Source of the DNA: Candidatus Heimdallarchaeum endolithica
Lineage (GTDB): Archaea; Asgardarchaeota; Heimdallarchaeia; Heimdallarchaeales; Heimdallarchaeaceae
Assembly (NCBI GenBank): GCA_021513715.1
Contig: CP084167.1
Coordinates: 128,001 to 192,000 of the forward strand
Reading direction: 5' to 3'
Length of the DNA: 64,000 nucleotides
A program made the translations under genes and the position numbers. Below the pieces are notes generated by a model. That model was not told the DNA's origin. It made no database searches and saw only the letters and a program-made list of their open reading frames with translations. Position 1 is the stretch's first letter, and each line of letters opens with the position of its first letter. Of this stretch, positions 41,224 to 52,068 are shown in pieces.

Positions 41224-42654
41224 ATGAAGACTATTGACGAGGATATTTTTGATTTACTGCATAAAGCAGTTAATAAAGGATTAGAATTAGGAGCTAATTT
41301 TGTTGAAGCTAGATATGATGACATGAGTTTAATGACAGTTAATCTTCTTAATGAGAGAATAAGAGAGGCTTCCACTAAACTTAGAAAAGGTTTTGGTATA
41401 ATGGCTTATTTTGATGGCTCTCCAGGTTTTTCATTCACTCCAGAAAGAAACTGGGAAAGTATCCATACAACAGTTGAAAATGCTGTTAAAATAGCCAAAG
41501 CAACAGCTCCAAGAAACAAAGTAAAAATGGAATTTGAGCGTCAAAAACCAATAGTTGATAAACAATTTACAGAAGTAAAGAAACACCCCAAAAATATGGA
41601 GTTTAATGAAAAATTATCAATGCTAAAAAGAGGAGTAAAAGCTATAGAAGAAAAAATTCAACCTAGCAGCACAACAGGCCTTTATGGAGAACTATTTGGA
41701 GATAAATATTTTGTTAATTCAGAAGAAAGTGAAATTTTTTGGCAACCTTTGATAGTTGATCTTCGAATACAAGCTATATCTATGGCAGAAGGTAAAAGAG
41801 CTAATGGTATTGATGGTGTTGGTTCATCTCTTGGTTTAGAATTATTCGATAAAGAAGAATATCTTCCAGAAACTATAGGAAGCAATGCTGGAAAATATTG
41901 TAAAGAACAATCAGAAGCAAAAGCAATTAAAGCAGGAAAACAAAAAGCTCTCATTGGATGGAGATTAGGTGGAGTATTAGCCCATGAATCCTTTGGTCAT
42001 TTATCTGAAAGCGATTTTGTTGTAACTGGAATGTCTCCATTATCAGATAAAATAGGGGAGGTTTTGGGAACAGAAATGACAACAATAATTGATGAAGGAA
42101 CAATACCTAGAGAAACAAATGGTTTATGGCTTCCTTATGATGATCAAGGAATCAAGACTGATAAAACTGTTCTATTAGAAAAAGGAATACTAAAAGGGTA
42201 TCTACACAACAGGGGTACAGCTAAAAAGATGAATGCAGAACCAACTGGAAATTCACGAGCTATTACTTTTATGTATCCACCTATTCCTAGAATGAAAAAC
42301 ACCTATTTTGCTCCTGGTGATTTGAGTCTTGAAGAAGCACTAGAACAGCTTAAAGATGGTTTTTATGCTGTTTCTTCTTCAGGTGGGCAAGTAGGTTTAG
42401 ATGGAAACTTCTTGTTTAATTGTAACAGAGGTTATTGGGTTGAAAATGGGGAAATAAAATATGCAGTAAGAGATTCTTCTCTATCTGGAAATATCTTGGA
42501 ATTAATCAAACATGTTCAAGGAGTAACTAAAGATTTCAACATTATGACAGGCTATTTTGGTGGATGCGGAAAAAGTGGACAATTTCCATTACCAGTTGGT
42601 CTAGGAGGAGCAGAATTACTTGTAGATGAAGTTTTAGTCGGAGGTGCAAAATAA
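41224..42654 (+). CDS. tldD: TldD metalloprotease subunit
   Basis: LAHESFGHLSESD, YDDQG, PIPRMKNTY, GCGKSGQ. Confidence 0.93.
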   Translation: MKTIDEDIFDLLHKAVNKGLELGANFVEARYDDMSLMTVNLLNERIREASTKLRKGFGIMAYFDGSPGFSFTPERNWESIHTTVENAVKIAKATAPRNKVKMEFERQKPIVDKQFTEVKKHPKNMEFNEKLSMLKRGVKAIEEKIQPSSTTGLYGELFGDKYFVNSEESEIFWQPLIVDLRIQAISMAEGKRANGIDGVGSSLGLELFDKEEYLPETIGSNAGKYCKEQSEAKAIKAGKQKALIGWRLGGVLAHESFGHLSESDFVVTGMSPLSDKIGEVLGTEMTTIIDEGTIPRETNGLWLPYDDQGIKTDKTVLLEKGILKGYLHNRGTAKKMNAEPTGNSRAITFMYPPIPRMKNTYFAPGDLSLEEALEQLKDGFYAVSSSGGQVGLDGNFLFNCNRGYWVENGEIKYAVRDSSLSGNILELIKHVQGVTKDFNIMTGYFGGCGKSGQFPLPVGLGGAELLVDEVLVGGAK

Positions 42655-44030
42655 TGGAATTAGAAGATATTAGAGAAAAAATATTGAACATTGCTGATAC
42701 GGCAATTAAATATGCCAGAGATCTAAACATCCCTACAGCAGAAGCTTTTGTATACAATTCATTTGAAACTAGTTTAGAAGAGAATAAAGGTAAAGTTGAC
42801 AGTAGAGATGGTATAGTTCAAGGTGTGGGTATTAGAGTAGCAGTAGGAAAAAGAGTAGGTTTTTCTTCTTGTACTGGCTTTTCTGAAAAATCAATTAAAG
42901 AAGCTTTAGAAAAAGCGCATGCAATTGCTAAAGCTAGTCCTGAAAATCCGCTTTTTGAAAGTTTTGTAAGTGAAAGTAAACAATCCAAAGACGGTATTCT
43001 TGACTCTGAAATTCTTTATCTAACTCCTGAAAAACTAGCTGACAAAGTGTCAGAACTACTTTATCAGGTTGACAAGAATGATCAAAGAATCACAGGTCTA
43101 GCTGTAAATGCAGATAAGGTTGTAAGAGGATATGCTATAGGAACAACAGAAGGATGTCTAGTTTCTACTTTAACAACTGTTTTTGGAGGTTCTGCATATG
43201 CAGTTGTAATGAAAGAAGGAGATAGAAAAACTGCTTCAGAATTTGTTATTAGCAGAAAAAATGAAGATATTAGCGAACTTGGTAAAAAAGCAGTAGCAAA
43301 AGGATTTCAACATTTAGGTTCAAAGCCATTTAATGCTACTGAAGAACTTCCAATTATACTTCATCCCTATACTTCTTCTGCTTTTCTCTCTGTACCTTTT
43401 ATACAATCACTTTCTGGAGCTGCATATGTAGAAAAGAGAAATCCTTTAGGAAACAAGCTAGATAAAAAAATAGCAGATGAGAGGTTTAATTTGATAGACA
43501 GTGGACAAATTCCAGAGAGTCAAAGTACAGTCGCTATTGATGGAGAAGGAAGCCCAGTAGGAGAAACTCAAATAATTGAAAAAGGAATATTGAAAACGTT
43601 TCTCTACGATCGAATGTATGCTAAAGCTGCTAATACTGAGACTACAGCAAATGCAAGCAGAGGGGGAATGATGGGAGGAATTCCTTTCGAAAGTATCCCT
43701 AGTGTTTCACCTAGAAAACTCATTGTTGAACCTGTTCAGAAAAACCTAGAAGAACAGATTGCAGAAATAGATAAGGGTATCTATATTGAAGAAACACCTA
43801 TTGGACTATTTACTGCAAATGTAATTACTGGAGACTTTAGTATAACTTCAAATAACGCTTTCCTAATTGAGAAAGGAGAACTTGCATTTCCTTTGAGATC
43901 AGTGAGCATTGCCGGAAACTATTTCAAAGTTTTTGAAAGCTTCATTTCAATAGGTAACGACTTAATTCAATCTCCTTGGCCCTTAAATGCTCCTTCTATT
44001 TCATTAGAAGATCTTACTATTTCTGGATAA
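42654..44030 (+). CDS. pmbA: PmbA/TldE subunit
   Basis: GIRV..GKRVGF, DGEG, T.NASRG, N.ITGDFS; lacks HExxH. Confidence 0.9.
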   Translation: MELEDIREKILNIADTAIKYARDLNIPTAEAFVYNSFETSLEENKGKVDSRDGIVQGVGIRVAVGKRVGFSSCTGFSEKSIKEALEKAHAIAKASPENPLFESFVSESKQSKDGILDSEILYLTPEKLADKVSELLYQVDKNDQRITGLAVNADKVVRGYAIGTTEGCLVSTLTTVFGGSAYAVVMKEGDRKTASEFVISRKNEDISELGKKAVAKGFQHLGSKPFNATEELPIILHPYTSSAFLSVPFIQSLSGAAYVEKRNPLGNKLDKKIADERFNLIDSGQIPESQSTVAIDGEGSPVGETQIIEKGILKTFLYDRMYAKAANTETTANASRGGMMGGIPFESIPSVSPRKLIVEPVQKNLEEQIAEIDKGIYIEETPIGLFTANVITGDFSITSNNAFLIEKGELAFPLRSVSIAGNYFKVFESFISIGNDLIQSPWPLNAPSISLEDLTISG

Positions 44031-44115
44031 AGATTCTTTTTTTTTTCTTTATTTTTTTTAATCAAACTAATAAAAATAGATATAAATAATAAAAAGTAGA
44101 CAATAGTGAAGATTA

Positions 44116-44886
44116 TTGAATAGCTATATAGTTTTCTTTATTGCTGTAGTTTCTATATTCTCATTAGTCCTTATTCTAATAATAGCCCTATTTTTATGGA
44201 ACAATCAATTAAGTAAAAATCTTAGAATTAAAACTAGAGAAATTGAGACTCAACATCAAAGAACAACAAAAATCATTAAAATACTAACTCATGACATGGG
44301 AAACCTTCTTCACACAGTATATAACTTAAGTATTTTATCAGCAATGAAAGAAGGGAGTTTTGAAAATAATGAATCATTAGTCCTTCTTGAAGAAAGTATA
44401 TTCAAAATAAAGTTCACAAGACAATTAATCACGCAATTATCAAAAAGATTGTTCAAGAAAACATTTACTAATTTACATGAATTTATAAAAGAACTAACTT
44501 CCCAATACCTTATCACCCATTATACTAAACAATCTCCAGACATTATTTTTCCTGAAGGTTTTTCTAATTTATGTATTGTTAAAGATGAAAATTTAGATAT
44601 CCTTTTTGAATATCTTATGTTTCAATCCCTTCTACAACAACAAAAAAATTCAGAGATAATAATTAAATACAGTCGAGAACAAAATATGTTAGATTTTATA
44701 TTCAATATTGATCTTTATAATAAATTTAAACTGGTTGAAACGATGGGAAAAAAAGAAAAAGTCAAATCAATTGAACAAGACTTTATTGAACACAGTGTTA
44801 AAGGATTGGGTGGATTAATTGTTTATTCAAAAGAACAATTTGTAATCAAATTACCCTTCATAAGGTTGCCAAACTTGAGAAAGTAG
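44116..44886 (+). CDS. Membrane-anchored degenerate histidine-kinase-like protein
   Basis: TM, coiled coil, H-box-like LTHDMGNLL; C-terminus LGG..F.IKLP but no N/G boxes. Confidence 0.55.
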   Translation: MNSYIVFFIAVVSIFSLVLILIIALFLWNNQLSKNLRIKTREIETQHQRTTKIIKILTHDMGNLLHTVYNLSILSAMKEGSFENNESLVLLEESIFKIKFTRQLITQLSKRLFKKTFTNLHEFIKELTSQYLITHYTKQSPDIIFPEGFSNLCIVKDENLDILFEYLMFQSLLQQQKNSEIIIKYSREQNMLDFIFNIDLYNKFKLVETMGKKEKVKSIEQDFIEHSVKGLGGLIVYSKEQFVIKLPFIRLPNLRK

Positions 44887-44892
44887 TTTTTT

Positions 44893-45477
44893 TTACATTC
44901 CTAGTTCTACTTTCAGTTTTTCTAAATTGCGTACAAGTTGAAGTGCAAGCTCACTAAAAGCTTTTTCTACATTATCACCAGTTTTTGCACTTGTTTCTAT
45001 ATAAGATACATGGTATCCAGACCATAAGGTTAGCTTTTCAGCATAATCTTCAGCATAATTAATAGGAACTGTTTGAGAATTTTTATCTCTCAAATCAGAC
45101 TTATTACCAATTAAAATTATTGGCACTTTTTTCCCGCCATTATTTTTAATTAATTCGTTTGACCATTTAGGTAAAATTTCATATGTTTCAGGCCTGGAGA
45201 CATCAAAGACTAGTAAAGCACCTTTTGCTCCTCTATAATATGCTTCTCTTACAGCATCAAATCTTAATTGTCCAGCTAGATCCCATATCTGTAAGGTTAT
45301 TTTATAGTAATCTACTTCTAGCTTTTTTACTGCAAAATCAGCACCTACTGTCATCTTATATCCTTCAACGAATTCTTCACCCATATAAGTTCTTTTTAAA
45401 GATGTTTTTCCTACAGCTCCTTCTCCTAGGAGAACAATTTTAAAGATTTTTTGATTTAATGAGTTCATTTGTACCAC
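44893..45477 (-). CDS. Rab-like small GTPase (Ras superfamily)
   Basis: GEGAVGKTS, TVGADF, WDLAGQ, YYRGA, NKSD, ETSAK; no C-terminal Cys prenylation motif. Confidence 0.95.
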   Translation of the reverse strand: MVQMNSLNQKIFKIVLLGEGAVGKTSLKRTYMGEEFVEGYKMTVGADFAVKKLEVDYYKITLQIWDLAGQLRFDAVREAYYRGAKGALLVFDVSRPETYEILPKWSNELIKNNGGKKVPIILIGNKSDLRDKNSQTVPINYAEDYAEKLTLWSGYHVSYIETSAKTGDNVEKAFSELALQLVRNLEKLKVELGM

Positions 45478-45850
45478 TGGTTTACTTAATATAATTCACA
45501 TCTATTCTATTAAAACTTATCTACTCGTGCAAAAGTAAATTAAAAGAATAAATAGTTTTCCTTTGAAAATAAATTTTTAAAGAGAAATTTAAATTAGAAA
45601 AGTAAAAAACTATTTTTTTGTAATAGAATTTGTATAAATTATCAGATATTTCACAGAGCAAAAAATAATCAAAAATTCATATTATTGTCTCTATTTTATA
45701 AAAACTAATTTTCTCGTAAATCTTTTCTTTATTTGCCTTGTATTCATAAATAGGATTTAAAACATCTTTAAAATTTCAACTTTATATTTGTTTCACATAG
45801 AAAAGGAATAACCAGATGTAAAATATATAAATAATTAAGTAAATATTTAA

Positions 45851-46801
45851 TTGAAGAAATTGACAATAAGAGCTGATTCTCGAGTTTCAGTTGAATATTT
45901 ATGTGCATCATGTCATAAACAAAGAATAATCTTTATCCCAAAGACGATACTACCCTTTTTAAAAAAAGGTGCAGATATTTTTGAACTTGTTGATATACAT
46001 GAATGCAAGAATAACTCTTTAAGAGCTACAAAACTTTTTATTGATGCAAATAATGTTGTCAGATCGCATGTTCTTTTGAGAACAGAGATTGACAAAACAC
46101 CGTCCATTATTGGAGAACAAGATTTAGAATTCGGGATTCCTATTCCTTCAATTTCAAAATACAACCAGCGAACTCTTACTCCTACTATCGATTATGGAGG
46201 GGTATATCTATACTCTTTAAGAATAATTGATAAACTTAGAGAAGAGATATATGTTCTTAATACTTATCCCAATTCTAAAGGAAAAAAATTTAACGAAATT
46301 GATGAATATTCTACTCTTAACTTCATTGAAACAAAAGCTAACATAAACTTATCAATAAACACAAAAATAACACAATTGTGGATTAAAAAAATTAATGATT
46401 TAATAGAAAATCTTGTTTATTTAGATGACTTCTCACTATCTTTTATTCCTGCTTACTTTGATAGAATAATCGAAAATCCTCCAGAAGATTTAACGATGTT
46501 AGAATTGGATCTTTTATTTCAGTCTAGAATTGCTATTCCACACAGTTACAAAACAAACATTGATATTTTTGAAAAAAACTTTGATGAAATATTTCCTATG
46601 ACACCTATTAAGATTTACAAAATTTTTACAAAAATGTTAAGAGAATGCTGTGGAAATATAAAGAATACAATCTATGACATTTATGAGATATTTAAGAAAG
46701 AAGAGTTAATTATTTCTTTTCCTTATTTTCTTTCTCTGTTCTCCAAATTAGTAAGCTTTGGATTTATAACAATAGAGAAATTAGAGTTTTTGACAAAATA
46801 A
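45851..46801 (+). CDS. Hypothetical protein with N-terminal CxxC...HxC zinc-binding domain (paralog of 22438-23301)
   Basis: CASC..R..DIHEC..LFID..VR. Confidence 0.75.
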   Translation: MKKLTIRADSRVSVEYLCASCHKQRIIFIPKTILPFLKKGADIFELVDIHECKNNSLRATKLFIDANNVVRSHVLLRTEIDKTPSIIGEQDLEFGIPIPSISKYNQRTLTPTIDYGGVYLYSLRIIDKLREEIYVLNTYPNSKGKKFNEIDEYSTLNFIETKANINLSINTKITQLWIKKINDLIENLVYLDDFSLSFIPAYFDRIIENPPEDLTMLELDLLFQSRIAIPHSYKTNIDIFEKNFDEIFPMTPIKIYKIFTKMLRECCGNIKNTIYDIYEIFKKEELIISFPYFLSLFSKLVSFGFITIEKLEFLTK

Positions 46802-46863
46802 AAAAAGAATCTTCTATTTTCTTTTTTAAAAAAAGTAAAATGAAAAATATTAAGAAAAAAGGA

Positions 46864-48573
46864 TTATTTTACAACTTTTTCAATAGTTTCTTTTGGTAAC
46901 GATTGAGCAGATGTTATAGTTGATAAAGCTCTTAGTTCTTTTCTTAGAACTTTACCAAGTGCAGTGCGTGGAAGTTCTTCTAAGTATTCTATTTTTCTTG
47001 GAACCTTGTAAGGGGCTAAATGTTTCTTACAATATTCTCTAACTTCTTCAAGTGTTAATTCATCATGTCCTGGTTCTTTTACTAAATAGGCTTTTACTAT
47101 TTCTTTTGTTTCTTCTTTTTCTCCTATTACTGCAGCCATATTTATTGCTGGATGACTATAAAGAACATCTTCAACTTCATTAGGCCACACCTTATATCCT
47201 GAAACAATAATCATATCCTTTATTCTATCGACTATTGTAAAGAATCCTTTTTCATCCATAACTGCAACATCCCCAGTTCTTAACCAACCGTTTACTAGAG
47301 AATTATCAGTTGCTTCTTTATTATTCCAATAGCCTTTCATGACTGAAGGTCCACGAATCCACAGTTCTCCTGGTTTTCCAAATTCAGTTATTTCTTCCAA
47401 AGTATCAGTATCTACTATCATAGCTGTAACATTTGGAATTGGAATACCAATTGTTCCAATCTTTCTATATTTCCTATTAGCTGGGTTGACATGAGTAACA
47501 GGTGACGATTCAGTTAACCCATATCCTTCAACTAACACATTCCCTGTTTTTGACTCAAATTTTTCTATTGTTACTTTTGGTAAAGATTCTCCTCCAGAGA
47601 TACACATCAATAAAGAAGATAGATCATATTTATCTACATTAGGATGCTCTGATATTTTCAAAAACATAACTGGAATACCCATGAAAAATTGAATTTTGAA
47701 TTTATCAATTGATTTTATTATCACTTCCAACTTTCTTGGATCTGGAAATAAGAATATTGTTGCTCCAGAAATTGCTGGCCATAAAAACGATGTTGATAAA
47801 CCAAAAATATGTGAAAAAGGTAAAGCTCCAACTATTCTATATGGTTTTTCAGGAACATTAGCTACCCAGTTTTTCCAATAATCTAAAGTAATAGCTTGAG
47901 CAACTAAGTTTCTATGAGTAAGCATTGCACCTTTCATTACACCCGTTGTACCTCCTGTATATTGCAAAATAGCAATATCTTCTTTTGGGTTCACTTTAGT
48001 AATAATAGGTTCATTTGAACTTTGTTTTATTAGCTCTTTGTATTTAATTTCATTTTTAACTTTTGGATTCTTTCTTCCTATTATTAATTTATATAAAAAT
48101 GCTTTAATTGAAGATAACTCATCTGCTGCAGATGTAACTATAATATGTTCAAGTGAGGTTTCTTTTTTCACTTTTCTAACTTTGTCTAAGAATACATCAA
48201 ATGTTATAATCGCTTTTGCTCCACTATCTTCTAGTTGATATTGAAGTTCTTTTTGAGAACAGAGTGAACTTATACCAGTAAAAATAGCTCCTAATGAATC
48301 TACAGCTAAAAAGGTTACAATGAATTGAGGACTATTGGGTAGAAAAGCTGCTACTCTATCACCCTTTTTTATACCTAAATCTCTTAAACCATTTGCTAAT
48401 CGATTAATATCCTCAGTTACTTCTTTGTAAGTCTTGTATTTGCCTTCAAAATAAGTTAGTGGTAAATCTTGAAATTTACTTGCTGTTTCTCTAAATAATT
48501 CAATAATACTTTTATCAGGTAATTCAATTTCATCAGGAATTGAAGGTATATATTTCCATAATTTCTGAGGCAT
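46864..48573 (-). CDS. fadD: Long-chain fatty acid-CoA ligase
   Basis: QYTGGTTGVMKG, EGYGLTESSP, TGD, DRIKD, LPRTALGK. Confidence 0.93.
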   Translation of the reverse strand: MPQKLWKYIPSIPDEIELPDKSIIELFRETASKFQDLPLTYFEGKYKTYKEVTEDINRLANGLRDLGIKKGDRVAAFLPNSPQFIVTFLAVDSLGAIFTGISSLCSQKELQYQLEDSGAKAIITFDVFLDKVRKVKKETSLEHIIVTSAADELSSIKAFLYKLIIGRKNPKVKNEIKYKELIKQSSNEPIITKVNPKEDIAILQYTGGTTGVMKGAMLTHRNLVAQAITLDYWKNWVANVPEKPYRIVGALPFSHIFGLSTSFLWPAISGATIFLFPDPRKLEVIIKSIDKFKIQFFMGIPVMFLKISEHPNVDKYDLSSLLMCISGGESLPKVTIEKFESKTGNVLVEGYGLTESSPVTHVNPANRKYRKIGTIGIPIPNVTAMIVDTDTLEEITEFGKPGELWIRGPSVMKGYWNNKEATDNSLVNGWLRTGDVAVMDEKGFFTIVDRIKDMIIVSGYKVWPNEVEDVLYSHPAINMAAVIGEKEETKEIVKAYLVKEPGHDELTLEEVREYCKKHLAPYKVPRKIEYLEELPRTALGKVLRKELRALSTITSAQSLPKETIEKVVK

Positions 48574-48758
48574 TTTTAACTCCTTATTTTATCAAAAGAT
48601 AGAGGTTATTTATAAAATTATCTTAAAAACAATTATTTCTCAAATAAAGACACATTACAAATATTTACTTTTATGAAGTCTAAGTCTATTTTTTTTAGTC
48701 TCAAAATAACCTTATTTCTATTCAAAAAATATAATAACAAAGAAACTATGTTTATTTT

Positions 48759-48953
48759 ATGCAAATTATTGTCAATTCTAAAAAAGAAAAAGAATTACTA
48801 GTTAAACTTCTTGATTTCTTGAATAAGAAGGATTTAGAGCTCTTTCTCTATTTTAAGGACCCTGAATCTTTTAATATTGAAGAAATTTTCGACTCTCTTT
48901 GTGACTGTGATATCCGAATCGATCCAAAAGAAGAGCCAGTCATAATAGAATAA
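48759..48953 (+). CDS. Small hypothetical protein
   Basis: Intergenic ORF co-oriented with the next gene; an AGGAG RBS follows its stop. Confidence 0.55.
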   Translation: MQIIVNSKKEKELLVKLLDFLNKKDLELFLYFKDPESFNIEEIFDSLCDCDIRIDPKEEPVIIE

Positions 48954-48964
48954 GGAGCTAAAAA

Positions 48965-50311
48965 ATGTGGAAGAAAAAACCTTATTGTACTAAATGCAAC
49001 AAAGACACATTATCTATTAACTTTGATCTTTTTTGTCCTTATTGTGGTTCAATTCAAAATATAGACCCTATAGAAGGACCTTCAAAAAATGAGATAAAGA
49101 TAACAAATATGTGGTCATTTAATTCTTTTTTACCTTCTTTAAAGAAAGTTTATTCTCTTTCTGAAGGAAACACACCAGTTCTACATGTTAATAATCTTTC
49201 ATCTTTAAAAGGATTAAAACTTAAACTTGAATTTAGAAACCCAACTGGATCATTCAGAGACCGTGCATCGTCTCTTATTGCTTCTTATCTTTACTCCTCT
49301 TCTATTCTTAAATTAGTTTGTTCTAGTTCTGGTTCTCTAAGCATAAGTTTATCAGCTTACTCTGCATTAGCAGGTTTGGAACTAACCAATATTGTTCCTT
49401 CAAATCTAGAGTTATCAAAGATTGAACAGATGAAAGTATATGGAAGCAAAGTAGTAGAACATGGTTCTACAGTTGAAGAGGCAATAGAGAGAGGAAGAAA
49501 ACTGCAAGAGAGAGGAGTTTTTTTTGCTTCTTCTGACAACATTTTAACTGTAGAAGGACAAAAAACAATAGGTTTAGAAATTGCTCATTCATTTGAAACA
49601 ATAGAAAATATTATCATCCCAAAAGGTTCTGGATCTCTTTTCTATTCCATATATAGAGGCTTTAAAGATGCATTAGCTTCAGGTTGGATTGAACAAATTC
49701 CATCTTTTTTTGCTGTATCATTAAAACACGAAGATTTAGACTTTTATGTGGAATCGCTAAAGATTCCTACACCTCTTACTCTTTCTCAAAAAATAAATGA
49801 AATTCTTTTAGAAAGTAAAGGAAAGGAAATTGAAATTGAAGGAGAAAAAATGATTGACCAAGCTCTTCTTTTAGCAAAAAAAGAAGGACTGTTTATTGAA
49901 CCTGCTTCAGCCTCTGTAGTTGTTGCTGCTAAACAATTACTAGAAAAAGAAGGAATTAATATCGATTCTACAATTGCTCTTCTTTCTGGCTCTGGACTAA
50001 ATGCTTTAAACATATTTGCATCAAAATTAAGAGGAATTAGAAAAGCAGTATGGGGTCTTTCTGAGAAATCAACAACAAAGTTTGAAATATTGGATCTTAT
50101 TTCTCAAAAGAAAGCAAATCATGGTTATGCCATTTGGAAAGCTCTAGGAAAAAGAAAGTCTCTTCAATCAATCTACCAGCATTTAAATGAACTTGAAGAG
50201 AAAAATTTAGTATCTTCAAAAGTCAGAGGAAAAAACAAGAAATACTATTCAATCACAAGAAAAGGAATAGATGCTTACTCAAAAATGAGAGAACTTATTG
50301 ATTTTCTTTAG
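48965..50311 (+). CDS. Threonine synthase-like fold-type II domain (PLP Lys to Arg) fused to a C-terminal PadR wHTH
   Basis: Zn ribbon, SLSEGNTP, NPTGSFRDR, EGQKTIGLEI, EGLFIEPASA; C-terminal FEILDLI..HGYAIWK..SIYQHLNELEEK..KKYYSITRKG. Confidence 0.85.
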   Translation: MWKKKPYCTKCNKDTLSINFDLFCPYCGSIQNIDPIEGPSKNEIKITNMWSFNSFLPSLKKVYSLSEGNTPVLHVNNLSSLKGLKLKLEFRNPTGSFRDRASSLIASYLYSSSILKLVCSSSGSLSISLSAYSALAGLELTNIVPSNLELSKIEQMKVYGSKVVEHGSTVEEAIERGRKLQERGVFFASSDNILTVEGQKTIGLEIAHSFETIENIIIPKGSGSLFYSIYRGFKDALASGWIEQIPSFFAVSLKHEDLDFYVESLKIPTPLTLSQKINEILLESKGKEIEIEGEKMIDQALLLAKKEGLFIEPASASVVVAAKQLLEKEGINIDSTIALLSGSGLNALNIFASKLRGIRKAVWGLSEKSTTKFEILDLISQKKANHGYAIWKALGKRKSLQSIYQHLNELEEKNLVSSKVRGKNKKYYSITRKGIDAYSKMRELIDFL

Positions 50312-50795
50312 TAAACCAGGATAGAATTTTCTTTTTGGCGTTCATTACCTCATCACTTATTTTTCCCATGAATTCCACATTGGAAACTTGAATGCCAATA
50401 AAAACAAATTCTTTACCTTCGTTTTGGATTAATTCCACTAATTGTTTTATTGGAATAGTATGGGTGCTCAAACGTGTTTCTGCAACATTAATACTAGAAG
50501 ATACAATTAAACTTCCTATTTTAGTTTTAATATCACATGCATCAATTATAGTTACGCATTCAATTTTTTCATCTTCTAGAATTGTTAGAAGTTCATTAAT
50601 AGGATCTTCGAATTCTTCACTATAAACATGTGAAAAAAATCTTTTTAATTCTCTAGCTATAAGAAGACCTATAGCATCATCACTTCTATCTAGATTTCCA
50701 AAACAAAGAAAAGCAGTGTGTCCTGGTTTTAGAAAACAAGAAAAAGAAAAAAAGTTCGAATTTTCTTCAGTCAATTCCCCCACTTTATTTTTCAA
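50295..50795 (-). CDS. Hydrogenase maturation protease (HycI-like)
   Basis: GNLDRSDDAIG, IIDA, STHTIP, GIQ. Confidence 0.9.
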   Translation of the reverse strand: MKNKVGELTEENSNFFSFSCFLKPGHTAFLCFGNLDRSDDAIGLLIARELKRFFSHVYSEEFEDPINELLTILEDEKIECVTIIDACDIKTKIGSLIVSSSINVAETRLSTHTIPIKQLVELIQNEGKEFVFIGIQVSNVEFMGKISDEVMNAKKKILSWFTKENQ

Positions 50796-52068
50796 TGAGT
50801 TTTACCATATGACAACTGCAAGAAATACAAGGGTCATAGGCTCTAGCAATCATTTCAAGGTGTAATTCTGTTTCTTCATTTTTCTCTGCGATAAGTTTTT
50901 CTGCTGCTACTCTAATATACTCTTCAACATCATCAAGGAATTGAGCAGTGGGTGTAATAATATCTACGTTGACCATTTTTCCATCTTTAATTTCATAAGA
51001 GTGATAGAGTATTCCTCTAGGAGCTTCAACAGCTGCAGTAGCTTTTCCATTTAAGTTTTTCACTTCCACTATTTCAGAATCAGGAAGAGCTTTTATTTTC
51101 TCTACTAGTTCTGGAATTTGTTCAAAAGACCAGAGAGCTTCAATTGCTTGAGCTAAATTATTGTACAAGGGGTTAACTTTCCATTTTTCAGTATAATATT
51201 TTTCAAATTTTTCTTTAGCTAGTCCTGTCAGTCTATCACCGATTAAAATGAGTCTTGCAAGTGCACCTACAGTAAATGGTTTATCATTGTACCTTGATCT
51301 TTTTGCATAAGAATGAGGAACAACTCTCTCGTTTGTTAGCTTCTTATATTCTTCAACTGGATATTCCTCTCCTGTGGAAATAAGAATAGAATCTCCTTCA
51401 AATCCAAACTCATTATTTGGAGGATTGCAACACATAAATGTTGTTTCTCTCTCACAATAGTCTGGTATTTCAAGCGAAGCTAGAACATCAATAAATGCTG
51501 CCAGTTGTGGAATATATTCTTTTGCTTTTTCTGCAAATTCGTCTAGTTCTTTATTAGTGGGAAGTCTTCCAAACCCTCCTACTTGAGGATTTTCTCCATG
51601 AATCTTTCTCCCCATTAATAGTTTCATCAATTCTGTTCCATACTTCTTCAAAGTTATTGCTTCTACTACAGTCTCTTTGTGTGTAGGAAGTAAAGCAATA
51701 GCACTAGGTTTTCTGAAGAAATCAGGAAGAGCTAAGAAATAAACGTGTAAAATATGTGATTCTATATATTCTGCCAAGTGCAGGAGCTTTCTCAGTAATT
51801 GTATTTTTTCAGGAACTTCAACTTTTAGAGCTTTCTCTATTGCTTTGATTGAAGCATAGCGGTGAGAAACTGTACAAATAGCACAAATCCTTGACACAAG
51901 AGAAACATTCTCTTGAAAAGTCTTTCCTCTTACTAAAGCTTCGATCATTCTTGGTCCTTCAAAAATATCTACTAATACTTGCTCTACTTTATTATTTTTC
52001 ACATATACCTTTATTCCTCCGTCACCCTCAACACGAGAGAGAACTTTTACATTAATACCTTTACTCAT
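50785..52068 (-). CDS. hydA: Group 3b [NiFe] hydrogenase (sulfhydrogenase) large subunit
   Basis: RVEG, SRICAICTVSH (L1), EAPRG, RAYDPCISCSCH (L2) plus cleavable tail. Confidence 0.95.
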   Translation of the reverse strand: MSKGINVKVLSRVEGDGGIKVYVKNNKVEQVLVDIFEGPRMIEALVRGKTFQENVSLVSRICAICTVSHRYASIKAIEKALKVEVPEKIQLLRKLLHLAEYIESHILHVYFLALPDFFRKPSAIALLPTHKETVVEAITLKKYGTELMKLLMGRKIHGENPQVGGFGRLPTNKELDEFAEKAKEYIPQLAAFIDVLASLEIPDYCERETTFMCCNPPNNEFGFEGDSILISTGEEYPVEEYKKLTNERVVPHSYAKRSRYNDKPFTVGALARLILIGDRLTGLAKEKFEKYYTEKWKVNPLYNNLAQAIEALWSFEQIPELVEKIKALPDSEIVEVKNLNGKATAAVEAPRGILYHSYEIKDGKMVNVDIITPTAQFLDDVEEYIRVAAEKLIAEKNEETELHLEMIARAYDPCISCSCHMVKLIEK

